DNA of 64,000 bases, taken from positions 186,001 to 250,000 of IMG/VR virus record IMGVR_UViG_3300032334_001259. One strand, written 5' to 3'. How positions within the stretch are numbered: position 1 is the first letter of the stretch; each line of letters starts with the position of its first letter. Shown piece after piece: positions 1 to 9,705 of this stretch. The notes below the pieces were generated by a model. It made no database searches and was not told the origin of the DNA. It saw only the letters and a program-made list of their open reading frames with translations. A program made the translations under genes and the position numbers.

Positions 1-7
1 TGCTAAC

Positions 8-2707
8 ATGTCAAGTTACACTGGCTTCTGGTTAGATAATGCTTGTGACCGTGTATGGGCATATTATGCACCATTAAGCGGTATGGCAGGTCGTGATCTT
101 GCACAGGTTATGACAGGAATTTACTATCCAGGCAATCAGGTTATTGGACCAGGTTTTAATCAAGTTCCAGGTTATGATGTAACTTATTATGATTATATTC
201 CATATGATTATGCAACAAAAGATATTGAAAATGTTTATGATATCTATGGTGTGCAAAGTGAAGATACTATTATTCGTAGCTTGTTCACTGATACTGGTTT
301 AGGTCTACGTCCAGAAGACATTGATGTTGTTGGTGGTGGATTCATTGATACATATAGTAGTCATGCACCAGAAGAATTGGTACCTGGTCAAATCGTTGAC
401 ACATTAGATATCAAGGTTAATACGCTACCTGATCGTGATGGTGGACCAGATATTATGATCTTCACAAGTAATTATATAGGTAGTGATACATTTAGTTACG
501 ATCCAGAAATTACTGGTGTAGAATTACCACTTGGTGGTATTGAAAAGTTCTATGTAATTGACCGTGATTTAGGTCCAATTGCTGAAACATATCACTATAC
601 TGTTGATTACTATGCTAAAACAATAACTGTTCTTTACACTCCAGCTGCTGGAACATTCTTCTATGTTCTTATGATTGGTAGTAATGGTGTAAATCCAGTT
701 AATGATCTTGATTTCTATGCTGATGGTGTTCAGACAGATTTTGATATTCCAGATTTTGTTACAACACCAATTCAACAGGCATATGTTAAAATAAATGGTG
801 CAAAAGTTGATAATTGGAGTTTGGTTGACAAACTTGAAAACGGCAGAACTTTACTTGCTGTAAGATTTGATACTGCACCTGTTGTTAATGACTATGTTCA
901 AATTCATCTTTACAATGTTGCAGTTGGAACACAAGCATATAGTGAATGGTATGAGCAAACATTTATCATTACAAGTGCAAGTTATCCAATAAACTATAAC
1001 TTTACATTGGATCGTGAAGAATTTTATGTTGAGCCTATAAGTTCATTCCCAATTGTTCGTCTAAATGGTAGTGATTTATTGCCACCACAACAAAGTTATT
1101 ATTTTGGTGATGGTGTAACTACTAATTTCAGTATGACAGATAGTTGGGTTGAAACCATTGCGAATATTGTTGATCCTGAAATCATTGTTGTAGTCGATAA
1201 TGTAACACAGGTTCGTGATCAAGATTATACGGTTTATCATGATCCAACAAATACTGTTACGCCAGTTATACAATTTACAATAGCACCAGCGAGCGGTTCA
1301 AGAATTGTAATAAGTGATAGCAGTCAGTGTGATTTCAAGATTTATGGTAATCAGTTATGGATTAGTCCACAAGTCACAATTACCGATAATAGTAAACTTA
1401 CAGTTTTAACTCAAGGCAATCATGATCCAAATGAACAGTATACTAAATTGTTTAGTGGTAGCACAAGTGCGACAAGTGTTATCGATAATGGTCTTGATAC
1501 AACTGGATTTGATAGTGTTGGTTTTGATAATGAATTGAGCAGTTATATCGGTGCAGTATATTATACTCTTCCACGTGCTGTTACAAACATAAATCAACTT
1601 TACATTACGCTTAAAGCACCAAATACAACAGGTGGTTTCCCACTATTGCCTTATAGTGACTTTAAATTGGTTACACCATCTATTATTGTGTTGGATACTG
1701 CACTTAACATTAGTGGAACAAGTGTCATTACTGTTCGTTTATTTGGTGAACCTGTTCGTCAAAATACTCTTGAATTTAGAATATTCAAAGATATGCGTGA
1801 AAATACAAGAATGTATGGGGTAAAGTCAAAGAAAGCTACACTTACTGCTAACTTGACAGCAAATGCAAATTACATTTATGTTGATAATGTTAATTATCTG
1901 CAACAACCAAGCACTACACCTAATAATTCTGGTATTATCTTCATTAATGGCGAACGTATTTCTTACGGAACTATGGACCGTGTAAACAATCGTTTAGGTA
2001 ATTTGCGCCGTGGAACTGCTGGCACAGGCACACCTAACTTGATCGTAAAAGGCACAACCATTTATGATAGTAGTAGCACAATGGAAATACCAAATACACG
2101 TGAAACTTATGTTCAAACACCTGTTGCAACTTATATCAGCAGTGGATTGTTTACAACATATGCTAATACTTACACAAATAATACTATCATTGATAAAACC
2201 TTACCACTTGTTCCAATTATGAATAACAGTGCAAATGCTGTTGTTCAAGTAAGTGTTGTTAAAAATTCAACAACGCTTGCGGCAAATAGTGATTATGTAA
2301 TAAGTGGAAATAGTGTTATTATTAACAGTAATGTTAACTTGGGAACCTTTGCGATTGCAAACATTACTAGTAGTAACGGTAACATTTATATAAGCAACAC
2401 TTACACAACAGTAAGCAATGCAATGATTGGTCAAACAATAATTGGTGGTAACCTATATCCATCAACTACTATTACCAATGTAAGCAATGCTGCTCCATAC
2501 ATTGTTATTGCGATTAGTAATCCACAAACTGTAAATGCAAATGCTAACATACAGATTCTTGATACAATTACTGTAAACCAAGGTGTATCAAATAAAATGT
2601 TAGTTGCTGCAAACAGTTATATAAGACAAGGAACACTTATACAGAGCTTTGGAACAAGTTTACAAGACTCAACAAGTGCATATGCAGAGTTTATAAGGTC
2701 ACAATAA
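8..2707 (+). CDS. Large virion structural protein (baseplate/tail), C-terminal part; frame is open to the left window edge
   Basis: Beta-rich T/N/V/I composition, repeated (A/G)DGVxTxF modules, INGERISY...LRRGTAGT motif seen in large myophage baseplate proteins; lies upstream of tail-fibre genes. Confidence 0.65.
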   Translation: MSSYTGFWLDNACDRVWAYYAPLSGMAGRDLAQVMTGIYYPGNQVIGPGFNQVPGYDVTYYDYIPYDYATKDIENVYDIYGVQSEDTIIRSLFTDTGLGLRPEDIDVVGGGFIDTYSSHAPEELVPGQIVDTLDIKVNTLPDRDGGPDIMIFTSNYIGSDTFSYDPEITGVELPLGGIEKFYVIDRDLGPIAETYHYTVDYYAKTITVLYTPAAGTFFYVLMIGSNGVNPVNDLDFYADGVQTDFDIPDFVTTPIQQAYVKINGAKVDNWSLVDKLENGRTLLAVRFDTAPVVNDYVQIHLYNVAVGTQAYSEWYEQTFIITSASYPINYNFTLDREEFYVEPISSFPIVRLNGSDLLPPQQSYYFGDGVTTNFSMTDSWVETIANIVDPEIIVVVDNVTQVRDQDYTVYHDPTNTVTPVIQFTIAPASGSRIVISDSSQCDFKIYGNQLWISPQVTITDNSKLTVLTQGNHDPNEQYTKLFSGSTSATSVIDNGLDTTGFDSVGFDNELSSYIGAVYYTLPRAVTNINQLYITLKAPNTTGGFPLLPYSDFKLVTPSIIVLDTALNISGTSVITVRLFGEPVRQNTLEFRIFKDMRENTRMYGVKSKKATLTANLTANANYIYVDNVNYLQQPSTTPNNSGIIFINGERISYGTMDRVNNRLGNLRRGTAGTGTPNLIVKGTTIYDSSSTMEIPNTRETYVQTPVATYISSGLFTTYANTYTNNTIIDKTLPLVPIMNNSANAVVQVSVVKNSTTLAANSDYVISGNSVIINSNVNLGTFAIANITSSNGNIYISNTYTTVSNAMIGQTIIGGNLYPSTTITNVSNAAPYIVIAISNPQTVNANANIQILDTITVNQGVSNKMLVAANSYIRQGTLIQSFGTSLQDSTSAYAEFIRSQ

Positions 2708-3393
2708 TGAAAAAACCAGAGCAAATTAAACCAATAAATACATCTACTGGTATAGATAGTGGAAAAAAGAAAATGAATCAGCCTAATGAACGTGGTGGTA
2801 TTGCCTTAAGTGGACATATAAAAATATTTGACCCACAAAGTGGTGAAGTATTTGTAAACAAGCGCAATGCTATCCATTATGAAAACTTTAGTTATGCACT
2901 TGCACAAAGTGTAAGTAATGCACAGCAAGGTTGGATTCATGAAATGGCATTTGGTAATGGTGGAACATCTGTTGATCCTACTGGTGTTATTACATATTTG
3001 CCAACAAATACCACTGGTAGCAATAGTGCACTTTATAACCAAACCTATTACAAAGTTGTAGACAATTATAGCATTTATAATGATGATCCAACACGTAATA
3101 AGATTGAAATTCGCCACACTGCTGGCACAGTTTACAGTGATATCTTTATCACTTGCACACTTGATTATGGTGAGCCAAGTGGTCAACAGGCATTTGATAA
3201 CACTACAAACTTTAATGATACATTTGTGTTTGACGAACTTGGTATTAAGAGTTGGAATGGTAGCACTGTTGATGCTGGTAACTTATTAACCCATGTCATT
3301 TTTCACCCAATACAGAAAAGTTTGAATCGTCTTATACAGATTGATTACACTATTCGTGTTCAAACACTAACAAACTTAAGTTCGCAGGTATAA
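2707..3393 (+). CDS. Putative baseplate/tail structural protein
   Basis: KRNAIHYEN, FDELG and HVIFHPIQKS motifs in structural-gene context; true start may be 2773, after TAAATA at 2735. Confidence 0.6.
   Translation: MKKPEQIKPINTSTGIDSGKKKMNQPNERGGIALSGHIKIFDPQSGEVFVNKRNAIHYENFSYALAQSVSNAQQGWIHEMAFGNGGTSVDPTGVITYLPTNTTGSNSALYNQTYYKVVDNYSIYNDDPTRNKIEIRHTAGTVYSDIFITCTLDYGEPSGQQAFDNTTNFNDTFVFDELGIKSWNGSTVDAGNLLTHVIFHPIQKSLNRLIQIDYTIRVQTLTNLSSQV
2735..2740 (+). promoter_or_regulatory. Late promoter core TAAATA
   Basis: Core like the T4 late promoter (TATAAATA); recurs before structural genes. Confidence 0.45.
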
Positions 3394-3396
3394 CGC

Positions 3397-4338
3397 ATGA
3401 CTTTTTATATTAACTATACAAACGGTGCCAATTTAACTGCAATTAGCGATGGTACAATTAATACTACATCAACAAGTTTAACACTTATTGGTAAAAACTT
3501 TCCGACTTATGGTCAGTTATTAAATCAAAACTTGGTTAGTATGTTAGAAAATTGGGCTAATACAACTAGTCCAAATTATCCACTTGTTGGGCAGTTATGG
3601 TATGACAGTAATAATAGTGTTATTAAGTATTATCGTGGTGGTGCCGCAAGTAATTATTGGCAAGACGTTGCAAATATACTTTATAGCAGTAGCACACCAA
3701 GCAGCCCACAACAAAATGACTTCTGGTGGGATAGCACAAACCAACAATTAAAGTATTATGATAATCGTAATTGGATTACGATTGGTCCACAAACTACCAA
3801 TGACGGCTTAAATCGTGTTAGTGGAACAAATAGTTTTATTATTCAGATCGGTGGTAACAATGTATTCACAGTTGATGCATATGGTCGTGTAAATGCTGCA
3901 TATAATCCTGTTGTTCAGGCTTATGGGTTTGCAACAGGCACACCATTCACAGGTAGTGGATTAACTTCTCCGCAAACTATGATTCCTGCAACAGTTTCAG
4001 TAAACGTTGGTAGTTATTTTAATGCTTCAACAGGTATCTTTACTTGTCCAGTAGCAGGAATCTATCAAGTTACGGGAACAGCCATAAGTTTGGGTTATAA
4101 TAGCATACCAGCACCTTATCAAAAGATTGAATGGTGGAAGAATGGCACTACAACATATATTAGTTGTCAGGCACAAAATCCAGCAAGTATTACAAGTGAA
4201 GACTTTGATACACCAATGATTGCCACTGGTTATGTTCAATGTTCTGCGAATGATACACTACAATTCGTTATGGCTGCAAGTGCAAATGGACAAATTGACA
4301 ATAACAACTCAACGTTGAGTATAAGATTAGTTGCTTAA
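3397..4338 (+). CDS. Tail fibre protein with C-terminal C1q-like domain
   Basis: N-terminal TSLTLIGKN...LENWA...GQLWYD module shared with the next two genes; C1q-like motif FNASTGIFTCPVAGIY. Confidence 0.7.
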   Translation: MTFYINYTNGANLTAISDGTINTTSTSLTLIGKNFPTYGQLLNQNLVSMLENWANTTSPNYPLVGQLWYDSNNSVIKYYRGGAASNYWQDVANILYSSSTPSSPQQNDFWWDSTNQQLKYYDNRNWITIGPQTTNDGLNRVSGTNSFIIQIGGNNVFTVDAYGRVNAAYNPVVQAYGFATGTPFTGSGLTSPQTMIPATVSVNVGSYFNASTGIFTCPVAGIYQVTGTAISLGYNSIPAPYQKIEWWKNGTTTYISCQAQNPASITSEDFDTPMIATGYVQCSANDTLQFVMAASANGQIDNNNSTLSIRLVA

Positions 4339-4342
4339 CCAA

Positions 4343-4348
4343 TAAATA
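4343..4348 (+). promoter_or_regulatory. Late promoter core TAAATA
   Basis: Intergenic, 16 nt before the tail-fibre ATG. Confidence 0.6.
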
Positions 4349-4364
4349 ATATTGGGTAATCAGC

Positions 4365-5993
4365 ATGTCATATAACATTAAAAACTTTTCTCAAACCGTA
4401 ACATACACTGTCAACGACAGTACTGCTAATACCAATGCAGTCAGTCTAACGCTTTTGGGTAAAAGTTTACCCAACTATGGAACATACTTTAACCAGAACT
4501 TTGTTTGGTTAATGGAAAACTTTAGCAGTGATAGTGCCAATCCACCACCATATGCAGTTCAAGGACAATTGTGGTGGGATAGCACTTATAAATTTATGAA
4601 TGTTTATGATGGCAGTGCTTGGAAAACCATTTACGGAAATTTAGCAACACTCAATGTTAACGGTGCAGTAAACTTAAGCTCGCTTACATCAACTTCTATA
4701 GCCGCAAATGCTATAACTGCAAACTCATTAGTTACAACATGGAATGTTGGAATTGGTGGCACACCTGCAAACTATGGCGCAGGTTATACAGATTTATGGA
4801 TTGATGGAACAAGTGTTTCACAGATTGATTTGGCTCGTAGTGGAGTTTTAAAAGCATCATTTGTGGCAAATAGTGGTGGTGTGTATTTTGGTACTACTGG
4901 TAGTGCGGCTGCAAGCCTTAATATTATGACTGCTACTGGTGCATATGCCGTAAAAAATCAATTCACATTTAATACATCTGGTGATTTAGTTTCAACAAAT
5001 GGCGGTGAATTTATAGGTTATCATACTGGCGCAATTGGTGCAAATACACCCAATACAGTAGTTGCTACAAGTGTAACAACTAGTAGTGGTGGTCAACATA
5101 TTGGTTACCTAACTGGTGCTATTGGTGCAAATACACCTAACACTGTAGTTGCTACTAGTGTTACTACAAGTAGCGGTGGACAACATATTGGTTACCTAAC
5201 TGGTGCTATTGGTGCTAATACTGCAAATAGTGGTGCATTTACAACAATAACTACAACTAGTGGTGGTCAATTAACTGGTTATCATACTGGTGCAATTGGT
5301 GCAAATACACCCAATACAGTAGTTGCTACAAGTGTAACAACTAGTAGTGGTGGTCAACATATTGGTTATCTGACTGGTGCAATTGGTGCCAATACTGCAA
5401 ATACTGGTGCGTTTACAACAATAACATCTACATCACATATTACTCCAACTGGAAATAACACAGCAAATCTTGGAGCAGTAAGCACATTATATGCAAACGT
5501 TCATGGAACAAATTATTATGTTGCTAATTCAATAATACCTATTTCAAACATTACTGTTGATATTGGTACACCACAAGCAACGTTTGATGCAGTCTATGCA
5601 ACTAGCTTTTTTGGAACATCTACTACCGCAAAATACGCTGACTTGGCTGAAAAATACTTACCAGATTCAAATTATGAAATTGGAACAGTTATGATGGTTG
5701 GTGGTAGTGCTGAAGTGACACAGCATGATGGACGCAAAGTTCGTGCGATTGGTGTTATAAGTGAGTATCCAGCATATAAAATGAACGATGGTCAAGTCGG
5801 TGGTGTATATGTTGCACTTAAAGGACGTGTTCCAGTTAAAGTAATTGGGCCAGTAGAAAAAGGTCAAGCTCTTATTGGAACAGCACACGGACTTGCCGTT
5901 GCACAAACTGATGATAGTCAATGGATGTTTGGTATAGCACTTGAAAATCATAATAGTATGACAATTAAGTTAATTGAAGCAGTTATACTTTAA
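4365..5993 (+). CDS. Tail fibre protein with internal repeats and C-terminal intramolecular-chaperone (Peptidase_G2/IMC-like) domain
   Basis: Shared N-terminal module, five 29-aa repeats, C-terminal AKYADLAEKY...VALKGRVPVKV. Confidence 0.75.
   Translation: MSYNIKNFSQTVTYTVNDSTANTNAVSLTLLGKSLPNYGTYFNQNFVWLMENFSSDSANPPPYAVQGQLWWDSTYKFMNVYDGSAWKTIYGNLATLNVNGAVNLSSLTSTSIAANAITANSLVTTWNVGIGGTPANYGAGYTDLWIDGTSVSQIDLARSGVLKASFVANSGGVYFGTTGSAAASLNIMTATGAYAVKNQFTFNTSGDLVSTNGGEFIGYHTGAIGANTPNTVVATSVTTSSGGQHIGYLTGAIGANTPNTVVATSVTTSSGGQHIGYLTGAIGANTANSGAFTTITTTSGGQLTGYHTGAIGANTPNTVVATSVTTSSGGQHIGYLTGAIGANTANTGAFTTITSTSHITPTGNNTANLGAVSTLYANVHGTNYYVANSIIPISNITVDIGTPQATFDAVYATSFFGTSTTAKYADLAEKYLPDSNYEIGTVMMVGGSAEVTQHDGRKVRAIGVISEYPAYKMNDGQVGGVYVALKGRVPVKVIGPVEKGQALIGTAHGLAVAQTDDSQWMFGIALENHNSMTIKLIEAVIL
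5001..5435 (+). repeat. Five tandem 87-bp (29-aa) coding repeats, consensus GGQHIGYLTGAIGANTPNTVVATSVTTSS
   Basis: Units start at 5001, 5088, 5175, 5262 and 5349; units 1 and 4 are near-identical at DNA level. Confidence 0.9.
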
Positions 5994-6013
5994 TGAAGTA
6001 ATTCATAAACCGA

Positions 6014-6019
6014 TAAATA
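6014..6019 (+). promoter_or_regulatory. Late promoter core TAAATA
   Basis: Intergenic, before 6041. Confidence 0.6.
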
Positions 6020-6040
6020 ATTTAAAACAGGTTTTAAAAC

Positions 6041-7252
6041 ATGTCATATACCTTAACCGTAGTCAACCGCACACCAATTACCATTCAAAATGGTGCAACT
6101 GATAGTTCAACAAGTTTAACTCTCGTAGGTAAAAATTATCCAAATTATGGTCAAATTATTGAACAAGACTTAATTTATCTTATGCAGAACTTTGCTGGTG
6201 GCTCACAACCTGTAAATCCTGTAACTGGTCAGTTATGGTGGAGCACAACAAGTAATAATCTACAAGTTTATAATGGAACAACTTTTAAAACAATTGGTGG
6301 TGCAACAGTAAGCACAAGTGCACCGACAAGTAGCAGTATTGCTGGTGATCTTTGGTATAAGAGTGATGATGCACAGCTTTATCTTTACAATGGTAGTAGT
6401 TGGTTGCTTATTGGTCCAAATTATACAAGTTCACAGCAACAAACAAATGCTACAGCATTAACAATTACAGATAATACAAGTTCAACTCATACAGTATTAG
6501 CATTTTATGTTGGTAATACACTAACTGGTATTTTAAGTAAAGATGCAACATTCACACCACAAAGTCCAATCACTGGATTTGCAACCATTCTTCCTGGTTA
6601 TAATGTTAACTCAACAATTTTTGCTGGTAACATTACAATTAGTGGAACAATTATTCAAAATGCACAACCATATATAACAAGTCTTGGTACACTTACTGGG
6701 TTGACGGTAACAGCACCTATTGTTGGTAGTGTTCTTTATAATGCAAATACTGTTATCTATTCAAGTCAACCTAATATTACAAGTGTAGGAACACTGACAA
6801 GTTTAACAAGTAGTGGGACTGTTCTTGCACCAAATGTTACATCAACCTTAAATGGTGCTATTGGAACAGCCGCACCAAATGTAGCAACATTTACAAATGC
6901 TACTGTAAATAATCGCCTTGTTCAAAATGTTTATACTGCTGGAAGTGTGGGTGCAACTTATACAGTTGATTGGAGTGCAAGTAATTTTTATACATTAACA
7001 CTAACTGCAAGCTGCGCACTTACTTTCACTAATCCACCAGCAAGTGGTAAAGAACAAACTTTAACAATTGTTACAACACAAGGTGGTAGTGGTAGTTATA
7101 CATTATCATATCCAGCTGCAGTTCGTTGGGCTAACGGTGTTGCACCAACCTTAACTACAACTGTTTCATACCGTGATGTTCTTCAATTTGTAACATATGA
7201 TGGCGGAACTTCTTATTTGGGTCGTGCAATCTGGTCTAATGTAGCTCCTTGA
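6041..7252 (+). CDS. Tail fibre protein
   Basis: Shared N-terminal module TSLTLVGKNYPNYG...GQLWW; Thr/Ser-rich shaft; beta-sandwich tip (WANGVAPTLT...DVLQF). Confidence 0.7.
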   Translation: MSYTLTVVNRTPITIQNGATDSSTSLTLVGKNYPNYGQIIEQDLIYLMQNFAGGSQPVNPVTGQLWWSTTSNNLQVYNGTTFKTIGGATVSTSAPTSSSIAGDLWYKSDDAQLYLYNGSSWLLIGPNYTSSQQQTNATALTITDNTSSTHTVLAFYVGNTLTGILSKDATFTPQSPITGFATILPGYNVNSTIFAGNITISGTIIQNAQPYITSLGTLTGLTVTAPIVGSVLYNANTVIYSSQPNITSVGTLTSLTSSGTVLAPNVTSTLNGAIGTAAPNVATFTNATVNNRLVQNVYTAGSVGATYTVDWSASNFYTLTLTASCALTFTNPPASGKEQTLTIVTTQGGSGSYTLSYPAAVRWANGVAPTLTTTVSYRDVLQFVTYDGGTSYLGRAIWSNVAP

Positions 7253-7261
7253 GGATAAAAT

Positions 7262-7654
7262 ATGTCTACAATTGCAATACCTTTAGCTAATAAAGACAAA
7301 TATGAAAATAACTTGTTAGTTGTTTTAGATGGCATTAATGATGAAATGACTATTTCAAAGAAATCACATGATCCCAAAGTAATTGGTGTAACTACTGATT
7401 ATGACAATGCTGAATTAGGACTTAATGATTTTGGAGAAAATCCACACCGTCTTGTTGCTGTTAGTGGTCGTATTCTTTGCTATGTAAAGGGTCCAATTGG
7501 GTTTGGTGATTGCATTGTTACTAGTGATAAAGAAGGTGTTGGGCAAAAACTTGACCAAACAAAGTATGTTCCAGGTTGTATTATTGGAAAATCACTTACC
7601 ACTATAAAAGATAATAGTGTTGAATTAGTAGAGATGGTGCTGACTACTGCATAA
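7262..7654 (+). CDS. Stand-alone tail-fibre chaperone-like (IMC-like) protein
   Basis: VIGV...VAVSGRILCYVKGPIGFGD...IIGKSL parallels the C-terminal domain of 4365..5993. Confidence 0.6.
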   Translation: MSTIAIPLANKDKYENNLLVVLDGINDEMTISKKSHDPKVIGVTTDYDNAELGLNDFGENPHRLVAVSGRILCYVKGPIGFGDCIVTSDKEGVGQKLDQTKYVPGCIIGKSLTTIKDNSVELVEMVLTTA

Positions 7655-7657
7655 ATA
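7652..7657 (+). promoter_or_regulatory. Late promoter core TAAATA
   Basis: Overlaps the upstream stop codon, before 7677. Confidence 0.55.
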
Positions 7658-7676
7658 CCGTTGTGGGAATTTATAA

Positions 7677-8612
7677 ATGACATATGCCAGTGGCGGTATA
7701 ATCCAAGCATCAGATTTTAATACTCGTGTATCTGCAGTTAACGCATTGTGGGGCACTGGTGCTAATGCTAATGGATATGGTCAAGCAAGCACTGTTACTA
7801 CAACTTCTACTGGTACAGTTGTTCCTGCAACTGATTGGGCCACACTTATTGCACGTTTAACTTCTGCAAATCAGCACCAAGTAAACAATACCACTGGTAT
7901 TCCATCACAGCCTACTTCGGGTGGTATTATTACCTATCTTAATACATTAGACAGTGCTATTTCTACAATTAACACAAATAAACTTTCAAGTTTTGCACAA
8001 CAGGCGGCTGCTGCTTTTACAGCGGCACAAACTGCTTCTAGTAGCACTGCATGGACAACAAGTGCACAACGCACATTTACTGCAACTTTTGCTAATGCAG
8101 ATGCTGCACGTTACTTTTTTAATTCAAATGGTTATCTGGAAGTTAGTTTTGTCAATAATGCACTCGCTGGTAATAGTAAAAGTGATTATTGGCAAGCATT
8201 TTTAGCAAATGGTGTAAAACAACATATTTTAAGAGCAAATGCATCTTATTATACTGGAACTGGTTTTACTCCAAATACTAATTTGACTACACAAGGTTAT
8301 TATAACTTAACAAGAGGTCTTGCTACTTTCTTCCAAGTATATGATACTCCAAGTTCTGTTGATTATGTTAACAACTACATGAATATACAGTATGGCATTG
8401 GTAGTGCACAAAATGCTGGTGGTAATGGAGATAACGGTTCAGTTATCGTTATTAACGTTAATATGTTTGATGCTGCTGGTGACGTGTTAAACGATTCAGT
8501 TACTGGAAATACAGTAGTTCAAGTTCGTCCAGTTTACCCAGAAACAACTTATCTTACAACACAAAGTTGGGGCACTGTCACAATCGCTGCTAACGTCAAT
8601 ACTCAAGCATAA
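7677..8612 (+). CDS. Putative virion structural protein
   Basis: TAAATA at 7652; A/T/S/N-rich; ARYFFNSNG motif; end of the structural cluster. Confidence 0.55.
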   Translation: MTYASGGIIQASDFNTRVSAVNALWGTGANANGYGQASTVTTTSTGTVVPATDWATLIARLTSANQHQVNNTTGIPSQPTSGGIITYLNTLDSAISTINTNKLSSFAQQAAAAFTAAQTASSSTAWTTSAQRTFTATFANADAARYFFNSNGYLEVSFVNNALAGNSKSDYWQAFLANGVKQHILRANASYYTGTGFTPNTNLTTQGYYNLTRGLATFFQVYDTPSSVDYVNNYMNIQYGIGSAQNAGGNGDNGSVIVINVNMFDAAGDVLNDSVTGNTVVQVRPVYPETTYLTTQSWGTVTIAANVNTQA

Positions 8613-8613
8613 T

Positions 8614-8642
8614 TTGACTTATTAATATTTTTTTGTTACAAT
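8614..8642 (+). promoter_or_regulatory. Sigma70-type promoter TTGACT-17-TACAAT with extended TG; likely leaderless mRNA
   Basis: The -10 box ends at 8642 and the ATG is at 8649; no SD sequence between them. Confidence 0.6.
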
Positions 8643-8648
8643 TTCAAT

Positions 8649-8969
8649 ATGACTCCAGAAGAACTACGTGAACGGGCTATTGACGCCTATAATCGTGATT
8701 TAGCAAAACAAAACATCCTTACTGCCATGGAATCACGCATGACAGTAAATTATTATGATGGTGTGTTTATTGTTACTCAAGAACTTATTAGTTTTTTAAA
8801 TGCTTGGCGTGACGAAGAAATTTATATGCTTGATGCTTATGATACACCAGTAAAAGTAAATGCTCATGTATTATTAATTCGCTGCAAGCAGCGTTGGCAA
8901 GAAGTTATGAATGAATTTGCTGTAGAATACGAAGAATATAAAAAGATTCGTAATGCAAGACAACTCTAA
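8649..8969 (+). CDS. Hypothetical protein, first gene of the glycosyltransferase/radical-SAM operon
   Basis: ORF overlaps the downstream gene. Confidence 0.6.
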   Translation: MTPEELRERAIDAYNRDLAKQNILTAMESRMTVNYYDGVFIVTQELISFLNAWRDEEIYMLDAYDTPVKVNAHVLLIRCKQRWQEVMNEFAVEYEEYKKIRNARQL

Positions 8970-9705
8970 AGGTTGTATCATATTTGCATACAACACAGAT
9001 AAAATCGATTATTTTAGTCAAGCGGTAGAAGCCGCTGATAGAGTAAATCATTTTCTTGATTTACCAGTTACTATTTTTACAAATGAAGAAAGAGAGTGTA
9101 AACACAATGTTATCATTACTGAAATTCCTCCAAAAAATTACAAACAAAGAAATATTTGGTACAACCGCAGCAGAACTGGAGCGTTTGATCTTACGCCTTA
9201 CAGTAAAACACTGGTGATTGATAGTGATTATTTCTTATGCACTGATACATTAAAATATCATATTGAAAGTCAAAAACCATTTTTAATTGCGAATGAAGTT
9301 TATAATCCAGTTAAAGGTGAGAAAACAATTTTTAATATTGGAAAAAGTCATGTTCCTATGATGTGGGCTACTATAATGATATTTGACAAAAGTGATGAAG
9401 CAAAACAAATATTTGAGTTTGCAAAAATTGTTGAAAAACATTATGACTATTATAGTAGGTTATATGGTTTTCATTATTCAAGTATAAGAAACGATTACAT
9501 TTTTAGTATAGCATGTCACGTAATGGGTGGTTATGGTTCTATATCTTATGCTTTAAAAAATTATCCTATTGTAAATTGCGATAGTCAAACATTTTATGAA
9601 AGTTTAGATAATAACAAACTTGTATACAAATATGCACATGATAAAATATACGGAAATAGATTACAAAATATAGATTTACATCTTATGAATAAAGGTCAAC
9701 TATGA
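8953..9705 (+). CDS. GT-A fold glycosyltransferase (GT8-like)
   Basis: TPYSKTLVIDSDY (DxD motif), RNDY, C-terminal HLMNK. Confidence 0.65.
   Translation: MQDNSKGCIIFAYNTDKIDYFSQAVEAADRVNHFLDLPVTIFTNEERECKHNVIITEIPPKNYKQRNIWYNRSRTGAFDLTPYSKTLVIDSDYFLCTDTLKYHIESQKPFLIANEVYNPVKGEKTIFNIGKSHVPMMWATIMIFDKSDEAKQIFEFAKIVEKHYDYYSRLYGFHYSSIRNDYIFSIACHVMGGYGSISYALKNYPIVNCDSQTFYESLDNNKLVYKYAHDKIYGNRLQNIDLHLMNKGQL

Noticed and set aside
5001-5435. Possible CRISPR array or DGR repeat
   Set aside because: In-frame coding repeats without unique spacers; no reverse transcriptase or adenine-specific variation seen
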